This document shows positions 13,101 to 20,724 of a stretch of DNA of 64,000 bases, piece after piece. Origin of the DNA: Kofleriaceae bacterium (GTDB lineage: Bacteria; Myxococcota_A; Polyangia; Haliangiales; Haliangiaceae); NCBI GenBank assembly GCA_046597055.1, contig JBKJLC010000283.1, positions 1 through 64,000 on the forward strand, written 5' to 3'. The notes under the pieces were generated by a model. That model was given only the letters and a program-made list of their open reading frames with translations, was not told where the DNA came from and did no database searches. The position numbers and the translations under genes were made by a program. How positions within the stretch are numbered: position 1 is the first letter of the stretch; every line of letters begins with the position of its first letter.

Positions 13101-14428
13101 GCATCGCGGCTCAGGACGCCGAGCAGATCGTGGTCGGCGTCGCCGGTCTGGCCGACCCGCGGCACCGCGCTGGCCCGCGCCAGAAACCGCGCGCGCCAGA
13201 CGTTGAGCAGGCGGACCAGCCCGGTGTCGATCGCGGTGGCCGCGCCTTGCCAGCGGCCGAGCGAGGTCGCCGGCAGGATACCGTAGGGCACGTGCCCGAC
13301 GCGCATCGCGGGCAGCGGGCCGCGGCCGCGCACGTACTCGAGGACGTGGCCCTGGACCGCGTCGATCTGGGCGGTATCGAGCAGCGGCGTCATCATCTGC
13401 TCGAGGAAATAGCCGAGCGTGCACGGCCAGAGCGCATGGAGCATCGCCGCCGCCGCCGCCTGCTCGGTGCGGCGGGCGCCGTCGATCCGGGCCAATGGGG
13501 GCGCGGCCGTGGCCGGCAGCCCGAGCGCGCGCGTCAGGGCGTCGGCATCGGTACCCACGACCAGGCCAGCGTGGCCGCTGGCCCGCTCGATCGCGAAGCT
13601 CTGCACGGCATCGCCGGGCGGCGGGTAGCCCGACGGCGCGAGCGCCGAGTTATTGGTCGGCGTGCCCTGGCGGACCAGCGCCAGGCCGCGCGTGTAGTGG
13701 TGGGCGTCGAACAGGGCCGCCAGCTCGGCCGCGGCATCCCCCGGGGGCACACCGGTGCGGACGCCGAGCACCAGCAGGCGATCGAAGCCGGCGTCGAGAT
13801 CGATCGGTCGCAGCGGGATGGTCAGCGCCATGCCGGCGGCGGCCGCCGCGTCGAAGTCGACCGTCCACAGGAGCTCGCGGTCGATCGTCAGCTCGTCGCG
13901 GTGCGCCAGCGACGAGGCATCGGCGGCCAGATCGGGACGGAACGACAGGCGCAGCGGCGTGACGATATCGGCGCCGGTGACCCGCGCGACCTCGACGCCG
14001 CCGCGGTAGCCGATCGCCATCCACGCCCGCGGCAGGAGCCGCGCGACCACCTCGGCCAGCACGTCGTCGCGCAGCTCGGGCGCGACGAAGGTCGGTGCGG
14101 CCGGTCGCGGCTGCACCGCCACGTTGGTGGGCGCCCCGCGGGCGACCAGCCAGGCCGCCCGCGGCGGTGCGAACTGGGCGACCAGCCCGCGCCAGGCGTC
14201 GAGCTCGGCGGTGGGATTCCACGCGGTCTGCCAGTATGTCTGGGCGGCGCGCCACTCGTCGCTAGACAGCGGTCGGCGGTGGGCGTCGGCCACCAGCTCG
14301 TCGGGATAGACCCGGACCAGCAAGCGCGGGTTGGTGCCGGTCGCGAACCGCGTCTCGACGCGGACCGGGAACAGCGCGATCGGATAGCTGGTGCTGAGGA
14401 GCGGGAGCTCCGCGGCGAGGTCGGCCAT
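10175..14428 (-). CDS. large hypothetical protein, 1417 aa (island operon gene D)
   Basis: Long ORF with typical GC3. Motifs LFPVRVETRF, LVRVYPDE, HHYTRGL...QGTPTNN, SHRLDAWITS, GAYGWVENL, GGFIHAPS, LGYRFER and DEWAELIP...HHDAPGAEAPQCVLLAVPP. Confidence 0.88.
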   Translation of the reverse strand: MADLAAELPLLSTSYPIALFPVRVETRFATGTNPRLLVRVYPDELVADAHRRPLSSDEWRAAQTYWQTAWNPTAELDAWRGLVAQFAPPRAAWLVARGAPTNVAVQPRPAAPTFVAPELRDDVLAEVVARLLPRAWMAIGYRGGVEVARVTGADIVTPLRLSFRPDLAADASSLAHRDELTIDRELLWTVDFDAAAAAGMALTIPLRPIDLDAGFDRLLVLGVRTGVPPGDAAAELAALFDAHHYTRGLALVRQGTPTNNSALAPSGYPPPGDAVQSFAIERASGHAGLVVGTDADALTRALGLPATAAPPLARIDGARRTEQAAAAAMLHALWPCTLGYFLEQMMTPLLDTAQIDAVQGHVLEYVRGRGPLPAMRVGHVPYGILPATSLGRWQGAATAIDTGLVRLLNVWRARFLARASAVPRVGQTGDADHDLLGVLSRDALSRELRSREVVGPGYVQNLWRLIGLDPAVEATARATLASAALAEAGLTGSHPRVTRMTFSDKAARIGRPLVTGAPLTEEGELTPNYIRELRTASTASLRDAGLAGHPAFGNPVLYHLLRQASLIVYARLGLELAIRTGVAQPIERLEHELHKIAPGTEARLTTWERLSRPLAGLTGTKSLGEWLLAPSTDGDRAKVRTYRANLQVLEKVPPAELERLLRETLDVSSHRLDAWITSMATRRLAAMRKTAPAGIHVGAYGWVENLRRRTTPRGGTAGGFIHAPSAAHAAAAAVLRNAHLTRTGAARAEVAVDLSSQRVRRARELLDGVRQGLPLGAVLGYRFERAVHDTGLDMFIAPFRAHFPLGRDPAVLDEPTDRIAARNVVDGVALRTALAGSTTAATIPWAALPPVATVHRDRLAVCLLALDADLDSAADLLLAESIYQTVRGNTERASATLASLAGEGDVPDPQVAAMPRGGIAGTHRVAILLGSGTFPPTWPSLTPRRVAEPRLGAWLGEVLGDPQRVRARVSFPDPAGGGARRSVTVTLAELALSPFDVVAMARATDLDGRGELAARLAQVVATRDRGRRGLEIDHRRDPAAPRDVTFLELLEVARLIGESVDAARPLVASDLVIPGDEPPPETPQEALAARLLDARERLVVTRGLLVQARTEASAPAAPVSLDVLRSQLWAAVGFGLRAATPASTDDADPATRPALLAQAEAAHAELQRRLNAADVATAPREALRAMFGDTVPILSPFLPGNRAAIDAAIAHGPTLVGDPYAPRRWFEGAARVRPPLAALRLATMASEAIGGGRFELQIGQLPHAPGTRWFGGRFHPKDGKAPPPAGALSLAVTRHLTFTPGGGWAGLLLDEWAELIPSAIQDTSFAVHHDAPGAEAPQCVLLAVPPVLGGGWNLPSLVDILHETLDLAKIRAVDAEHLGVLGMFAPTTYLAANLANDTITLDLAGQTINEISVLASE

Positions 14429-14447
14429 GATGTTTCTCGAGAACGGC

Positions 14448-17267
14448 TCAGGGCAGGAGCTGCGCGCCGTGAAGCGCGACGCGCACCGGCCGCTGGCAGG
14501 TGATGACGGCGTGGTCGGCGCCGCGCGCGTACGGCTTGTCGGCGCTGGCCGCGGTCAGGTGCCAGCCGGGCCCGCCGGCGGTCTCGAGGCTCGCGGTCGC
14601 GGGCCACGGGGATGCGAGATCGATGTACTGCACGGTGTCGACCAGGTCGGGGCTCGCCACCAGGTGGGTCCAGGCCAGGTCGTAGAGGCTGGTCGGCGCG
14701 CTCGCGCCGGTCGCGTCGAGCCCGAACCGCGGCTCGCCGGGCTGCTCCTGGAAGACGAAGAACCAGCCGGGACTGGTGGTGGTGGCGGTGCCGCGCGCCT
14801 CGTCGCTGGTGAGCGCGAAGCCGAAGAACGCCACGTCAGGGCGCAGGCGCCCGGCGAACACCGGCTCACGGCGCTCGGTCGCCAGCGCATAGCCGGTGGT
14901 GGTCCTGCTGGCCCGCTGGGCGTACACGAGCGTGTTCGGATAGCGGTGCAGCAGCTCGCCGCGCACGACCACGACCAGGTGGGTGCCGCCGGACACCGCC
15001 GGCCGCGGGCTGTGGGTCCCGAGCGCGGAGTCCCTGGGCCACAGGTGGATCGGGTGGATGTCCTTCAACGTCTCGGGGGTCGGCGCCGGCGCCAGGCCGG
15101 CGGGATCCCAGAACTGCCGGAAGTAGCTGCCACGCTGATCCGACGGGTACTCGTTCCACAGCAGCTCGCGCGACATCTCGTGGTTGAGCCCGACCAGGTA
15201 CGCCTCGATGAACGCCGGGTTGGTCTCGGCGACCGTGACGCTATCGCGCGGGAGATCGGCGAGCCCGGGCAGCATCCACGCGGGCGACAGCTCGGCCAGC
15301 GGCTTGTACATCGGCTGCGGGAACACCGGGTGGGCCATCACCGGCTCGAGCGGGTCGGGCGGGCTCCAGCTGAACCCCGCCCCCTGGACCGCGCGTGCCG
15401 CGAACGCCGCCGCGAACGCGACCCGCGGCTGGGTAGCTTGCTCGACGGCGGTCTTCAGCGCGAGCGCGTCGACCCGCTGCAGGGTGCCGCCGGCGCCCGG
15501 CGTCACGGTGCGCCCGGCGAGCGTGGCCGCCGCCGTGCGGAACGCCAGCATCGACGGACTGTCCACGCCCGGGACGACATTGAAGCGCGTGATCACGGCC
15601 TCGGGGGGATCGATTGGGTCCCATACGACGGCATCGGAACGCACGGGTGCGGCCACGATCGTGCTTGCGGTCGGAAACGCCGTCCGCACCGCGTTCACCA
15701 CCCACTTGCGCGTGGGGATGGCGCTGCCGACCGGCGGCGGCGTCAAGGCGAGCACGGCGTCCAGCTCGCCGGTGTTGACCCGCGTGAACGCGGGCCGCAG
15801 GACGACATCCGGCCGCGCCTGACGACGACCGAGCGGGCCGAGCGGCCGGGCCAGCCGCCGCAGCGCGCCCGAGAGCAGGGCGAACCGCGGCGGGCTGCCG
15901 TTGACGCGGTCGCGCGCCGTGCGGCTGGCGACGCGCACCCGCGCCAGGACCGGCGCGGTCAGCACCAGCGCGTCCTCGGGGCCCGCGGTCTGGATGTGCC
16001 GACGATGCAGCCGCTCGCCGAGCGCGCGCGCCAGCTGGGCCATGCGGAGGCGCGCGTTGGCCTCGCGGATCCCGTCGACCTGCGCCCACGCCGATGCCAT
16101 GAGCTCGTGTTGCTTCTGCTGCACCACCTCGGTGCCCAGCGAGGCGGCGATGCGCGTGCGCGGATCCAGGTTGAGCCCGCGGAACCAGGGCGGGGTCGCG
16201 GTGGTATCGAGGCGGGCGCGACGTGCGTGCCAGGCGCCGTACAGCGGCGGTGCGACCACCGGCGTGACGCCTCCCTTCTCGAGCGCGTCGAACGGTCGGT
16301 TGAGCAGGCCGGTGAGCGCGGTCTGGAAGCTCGCCACCGGCGCGGCGGTCGCGGCCGCCTGGGGCGCCCGCAGCGCGCCGCCGAGCGCCATCGGCTCGGC
16401 CGAGGCCGCCGGCAGGCCGCCGCCGGGCCGGCTGGCGTCGAGCGCGCGGGTCGAGGCCGCGGTCGGGAACGGCGCCGGCGTGAGCGCCTGGGCCAGCGCC
16501 TCGAAGTCACCGCCGGCACCGGTCGTGAAGCGCCAGCGGTAGTAGACCGGCAGCTCGAGCGCGGCCCCGAGCGTCGTGGTGGTCCACGCCGGCGCCAGCG
16601 CGGCGGCGGTTTCGCCGAGCGGCAGGCGCAGGCCGGCGCGCCGACCGACCTCGAAGGTCGGCACCACCACCGCCCAGTAGGTGGCCCGTGCGGTGAGCCG
16701 TCGCGGGCACATGAGCCGGGCCAGGCACCGCTCCGGCTGCTGGGTCACGACCTTTTCGAGCGACAGATCGTCGTCGCCGCTCACCTGCACGTGACACCAT
16801 GCCCAGGTCTGCGCGGGCGGCGGCATCGGCGTACCCGGCTTGATCGTCACCGATTCCAGCGGACGCTCGGCGCGCGCTGGCAGGAACGGGCCCAGCTCGG
16901 CCTCGGTGAAGACCAGCAGGCACAGCCAGGGCGAGACGCGGCCCTCGGGGTCGTCCGCGCGCGGCGTGTAGCGCCACGGCAGGTCGACCTGGTCGAGCTC
17001 GACCATGGGAAAGTAGTTCGTCTCGGCGACGAGCGCGTTCGCCGGCGGCCACGTGCGGGCGATCGCGCGCGGATCGAACTGCACGACGTCACCCGGGCCC
17101 ACCAGCTCGAGCGTGGTCGACGCGCTCTGCGCCTGGTTGCTGTTGAACGTCACCGCCACCGGCAGCGTCGCGCGTGACCCTGCGGTCGCGAAGTCGCGCC
17201 GCAGCTGGGCGGCCACCCCGCGCCGTAGCCACGGGTAGAACCGGTACGCCGCGCCCGCCTGGCTCAC
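14448..17267 (-). CDS. large hypothetical protein, 939 aa (island operon gene C)
   Basis: GTG start overlaps the upstream TGA. Motifs FYPWLRRG, GPGDVV, DLPWRYTP, PWLCLLV, VPTFEVGR, WRFTTGAGGDFEAL, PPLYGAWH and FIEAYLVGLNHEMSRELLWNEYPSDQRGSYFRQFWD. Confidence 0.88.
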   Translation of the reverse strand: MSQAGAAYRFYPWLRRGVAAQLRRDFATAGSRATLPVAVTFNSNQAQSASTTLELVGPGDVVQFDPRAIARTWPPANALVAETNYFPMVELDQVDLPWRYTPRADDPEGRVSPWLCLLVFTEAELGPFLPARAERPLESVTIKPGTPMPPPAQTWAWCHVQVSGDDDLSLEKVVTQQPERCLARLMCPRRLTARATYWAVVVPTFEVGRRAGLRLPLGETAAALAPAWTTTTLGAALELPVYYRWRFTTGAGGDFEALAQALTPAPFPTAASTRALDASRPGGGLPAASAEPMALGGALRAPQAAATAAPVASFQTALTGLLNRPFDALEKGGVTPVVAPPLYGAWHARRARLDTTATPPWFRGLNLDPRTRIAASLGTEVVQQKQHELMASAWAQVDGIREANARLRMAQLARALGERLHRRHIQTAGPEDALVLTAPVLARVRVASRTARDRVNGSPPRFALLSGALRRLARPLGPLGRRQARPDVVLRPAFTRVNTGELDAVLALTPPPVGSAIPTRKWVVNAVRTAFPTASTIVAAPVRSDAVVWDPIDPPEAVITRFNVVPGVDSPSMLAFRTAAATLAGRTVTPGAGGTLQRVDALALKTAVEQATQPRVAFAAAFAARAVQGAGFSWSPPDPLEPVMAHPVFPQPMYKPLAELSPAWMLPGLADLPRDSVTVAETNPAFIEAYLVGLNHEMSRELLWNEYPSDQRGSYFRQFWDPAGLAPAPTPETLKDIHPIHLWPRDSALGTHSPRPAVSGGTHLVVVVRGELLHRYPNTLVYAQRASRTTTGYALATERREPVFAGRLRPDVAFFGFALTSDEARGTATTTSPGWFFVFQEQPGEPRFGLDATGASAPTSLYDLAWTHLVASPDLVDTVQYIDLASPWPATASLETAGGPGWHLTAASADKPYARGADHAVITCQRPVRVALHGAQLLP

Positions 17268-20200
17268 GCGACCGCCTCGACGCTCGACACGACCTGGAGC
17301 GTGCCGGCGTCGGCTGGCGTGTAGGTGAGGTGCGTGCGGAGGCCGAGCTCGGCCAGGCTGCGCGTGGTTGCCGGGCACAGATCCAGGCGCGCGCGCAGAT
17401 CGACCGTGGATGCGATCACGAACGTCTCCTCGGTCAGGGTGAACCGCGGCATGAACGCGGGCGGCGGCGCGTACGCGGCGACGCCGGTGCTGCGCAACGA
17501 TGCCAGCGCGGCCGACGACAGCGCGGTGCCCATTACCTGCTCGGCACGGCTGGGCCGGAACGGGGGCGCCGCGGTCTGCGCCCGACCGTCGGCCCACACC
17601 TTCGTCTCGTACTCGAGCGTCGCGATCAGCGGCGCGCCGGCGCGCATCGCATCACTCGTCACCGTCACGCCCGAGATCATCTGCTCGAACCCCGGCCGTG
17701 ACAGCCGGTCGGCCTCGCTCAGGTCCTCGAACTGCGCTGGTGCGAACCAGTCGCGTACCGGTTTCATCAGCACGTTCCGGCCCGCCACCTTCACGTCGGT
17801 GACGCGGAAGTCGTTGGGCCCCTCGGGCCGCACCTGACCGAAGCGCGTGATCGGCCGGTCGAGCGGCACCACCGTCTGCCGTAGCGTGATCGTCGCGCCC
17901 GGGTCCACCCGCGGCGTCGCGGTCGCGTCGACCGGCGGCGCGGTCGTGACCGCGACGATGCCCGGCGCCAGCGCCGTGCTCCAGTTCGCCGCGCGCCCGA
18001 CCTCGGGGCCAAGGACGTCCCAGATCCGCCGTCTCGGCAGCTCGACCGCCTCGTCGCGGCCGAAGCGGACATGGACCGGCACGCGCAGGTCGACGAACCA
18101 AAGCGACAGCGAGGCTTCGCCATCGAGCTTCCACGGCCCAGGCCCGGTCAAGCGGCCTTCGAAGTGCACGCCGGCGAGCACGGTCGTGCCGCGCCGCAGC
18201 TTCACCCCCGCCCACAGGTCGACCTGGAGCCTCAATGGGGAGAACGTCAGCAGCGTCTCGAAGCCCAGGTCGCCCTTGATGTTGAGCGGCCCAGCCGCGG
18301 CGTACAGCTGGATCTGCGCGCCGATCTGCGCCGTGTTGGACGTCAGCGCCAGGAAGCCCTGCAGGTCGAGCCGTGGGTTGTCTCCCGAACCGATCGCGAT
18401 CTGGATCCGTCGGAGGTCGGGAAAGCCTGGCGGCCGGCGGAACTGCGAATGGAAACCGCCGATCGCCAGCGCGAAGCTCGGCGAGGCGCCCCAGCTCGTG
18501 CGCAGCGCGAGGTCGCCGACGATCGGGAACCCGGCGATCTTCGAGTCGCGCAGCGACGCGTCGATGGCGACCCGCTTCTGGCCGAGATCGAGCTCGCCGA
18601 CCACGTCGACCTTCAGGTCGATGACCCGCCGGTCCTGGGTCGGCAGCGCCACCGCCGCGGTGCCGATCAGCACCATGCGCACCGGCGCCGGCAGCTCGAC
18701 CAAGAGTGCCAGCTCGGCGGTGACCAGCGTCGGCGTGCCCCAGCCGAGCTTCACCGCCGGCCCGACGACGTGCCGCCCCGCCGCGGCCGGGAAGTAGCGC
18801 GCCAGATCCCCGGTCAACCGAGCCGCCTGCGCCACCGGATCGGCCGGGAAGAAGATGTCGCCGACGCCGGGCCCGCGCAGCGCCGCGCGCAGCGCGTCGA
18901 CGTCGACCCGCCGGTGGATCCCGATCAGCCCGCCCACGCCCTGCAGCGTGAACCCGAGCCCGATCTGGACCGGGCTGAACTGCGCCGACACGACCGCGGC
19001 CAGCGAGAACCCGCGGCGGTCGCCGGGCAGGTGCGTGGTCAGGACGCCGAACGCGCTCATCGCAACGCCCGCGACCGCGAGCTCGAGCGCACCGGCGTAC
19101 TCGCCCCGGGCGTCGTCGAGCCGCAAGAACCCGCCGCCCTCGACCGGCCCGCCGTCGACGCGCAGGCCCACCGCCGACGGTGGTTGGAATCCGATCGAGA
19201 CTGCGAGCTCGCGCAGGCGGCGATCGCCACGCGGCGTCAGCGCGCACGCGACGCCGACGTCGGCGACGGTCGCGACGATCGGCCCGAGCGTGACCGCGCC
19301 GCTCGCGGTCGCGGCGAGCCGCACGCCGCCGTCGTCGGTCGCGACCGCGCTGATCCGCAGGGCGTCCAGGGCGACGATCCCCACGCGTCGGCCCGACGCC
19401 AGATCGAGCGTCACGCCGCCGGTCGGCACCGCCAGCCCGGTCTTGCTCGACCAGCGCAGCGCGACCGGTGCGCCGAAGCGTCGGGGCTCACGACCGAGCA
19501 ACCCGGTCGGGTCGTCATCGGGCGGGAGCAGGGTGGCGGCCAGCCGGTCAGCGCCGACGCGCACCACGACCTCGGGGTCCGCGGCGGAACCCTCGAGCGC
19601 AACGCTCACGGCCGCGCCTGCGACCTCGAGGCGCGACGTGCGCGGGGTGCCGATGACGAGCCACGGTTCGGCGCCCGGACGGGTCAGCTCCAGGCGGGCG
19701 CCGACCGCCGCACTGCCGCCCACGAAGCGGGCCTCGCCCGGGAACAGGCTCGCGCCGATCGCGTCTCCGGCGCTGGCTGTCACGCTCCACCGCAGGCGCC
19801 AGGCGTCGCCGAGCGGCAGCGTGGCCCCGGCCGCACCGTCGAGAATGGCCTTGATCACCAAGCCCGACACCCGCGCCTCGCCCGCGCGCGTGGCCGGCAG
19901 GAGGTCACCGCCGACCCGGTACAGCGTGTGGTCGAGCCCGGCGATTGCGGGCACCAGGACGACTCGGAGCGCCGATGCGGCGGCCTCGATGCGATGCCCG
20001 GGCGCGAGCTCGAGGGCGGGCGCGAGGTCGAGCGCTGGCGGGAACAACGTCGCCGGCACCCGCAGCGCACGGAGCACCGAGACCAGCGCCTCGAACGCGC
20101 GCGCGTGCGCGAACGGCTGCACGGGATCCCCCCAGTCGTAGGCCGCCCGCAGCGCGGCCATGGGATCGCGGACCGCCGCGAGCAGTTGATCCCAGTCGAG

Positions 20201-20722
20201 CGCGACGCGTGTGTACCGCGTGCGAAACGGACCGGTGGGCTCGGAGGGCTCGTGCCGGATCACGCCCCACAGGCGCAGGAACGCGTGCAGGCCCGGCCGG
20301 TAGGCACGGACGTACTCGTCGACCAGGTCCTCGAGCACGTGCTCGCCAACACTGGCCCAGAAGTCGGCGCGACCGAATGGTTCGGCCAGGCCTGCAAGCG
20401 ATGCCGGCGTGAAGGTCGCCACCGCTCGTAGCAGCGCGGCGGCGGTGGTCGCGAGCTGCTCGATCGAGGCGGGGTCGAGCGACGCGTCCGGATCCTGCGC
20501 GAGGCGATCCTCGATCCCGGCGGCGATCGTGACAAGCTCGGTGAGCGGCGCCCGAAACGGCGCGACGCGACCGACCGTTTCGAACGTGGCAGCGTCGAGC
20601 GGGGCGAGCCAGCCGTAGCGGCGGACCAGCAACTCGAGCGCGTCGGCGCGCTCGAACCGGCGCCGCAGCGGCTCGACGAAATCGCGCAGCGTCATGAACA
20701 AGAAGGTCAGCTGGTCCCTCAT
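17264..20722 (-). CDS. DUF6603-like domain protein, 1152 aa (island operon gene B)
   Basis: ATG 20722. Helical N-terminus, then a Gly-rich beta-strand region (GGGFL...YAGALEL...VQIGLGFTLQGVGGLIGIHR...GPAVKLGWG...AIGGFHSQF...LALTSNTAQIGA) that I recognise as DUF6603-like from memory. Confidence 0.8.
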   Translation of the reverse strand: MRDQLTFLFMTLRDFVEPLRRRFERADALELLVRRYGWLAPLDAATFETVGRVAPFRAPLTELVTIAAGIEDRLAQDPDASLDPASIEQLATTAAALLRAVATFTPASLAGLAEPFGRADFWASVGEHVLEDLVDEYVRAYRPGLHAFLRLWGVIRHEPSEPTGPFRTRYTRVALDWDQLLAAVRDPMAALRAAYDWGDPVQPFAHARAFEALVSVLRALRVPATLFPPALDLAPALELAPGHRIEAAASALRVVLVPAIAGLDHTLYRVGGDLLPATRAGEARVSGLVIKAILDGAAGATLPLGDAWRLRWSVTASAGDAIGASLFPGEARFVGGSAAVGARLELTRPGAEPWLVIGTPRTSRLEVAGAAVSVALEGSAADPEVVVRVGADRLAATLLPPDDDPTGLLGREPRRFGAPVALRWSSKTGLAVPTGGVTLDLASGRRVGIVALDALRISAVATDDGGVRLAATASGAVTLGPIVATVADVGVACALTPRGDRRLRELAVSIGFQPPSAVGLRVDGGPVEGGGFLRLDDARGEYAGALELAVAGVAMSAFGVLTTHLPGDRRGFSLAAVVSAQFSPVQIGLGFTLQGVGGLIGIHRRVDVDALRAALRGPGVGDIFFPADPVAQAARLTGDLARYFPAAAGRHVVGPAVKLGWGTPTLVTAELALLVELPAPVRMVLIGTAAVALPTQDRRVIDLKVDVVGELDLGQKRVAIDASLRDSKIAGFPIVGDLALRTSWGASPSFALAIGGFHSQFRRPPGFPDLRRIQIAIGSGDNPRLDLQGFLALTSNTAQIGAQIQLYAAAGPLNIKGDLGFETLLTFSPLRLQVDLWAGVKLRRGTTVLAGVHFEGRLTGPGPWKLDGEASLSLWFVDLRVPVHVRFGRDEAVELPRRRIWDVLGPEVGRAANWSTALAPGIVAVTTAPPVDATATPRVDPGATITLRQTVVPLDRPITRFGQVRPEGPNDFRVTDVKVAGRNVLMKPVRDWFAPAQFEDLSEADRLSRPGFEQMISGVTVTSDAMRAGAPLIATLEYETKVWADGRAQTAAPPFRPSRAEQVMGTALSSAALASLRSTGVAAYAPPPAFMPRFTLTEETFVIASTVDLRARLDLCPATTRSLAELGLRTHLTYTPADAGTLQVVSSVEAVA

Positions 20723-20724
20723 CG

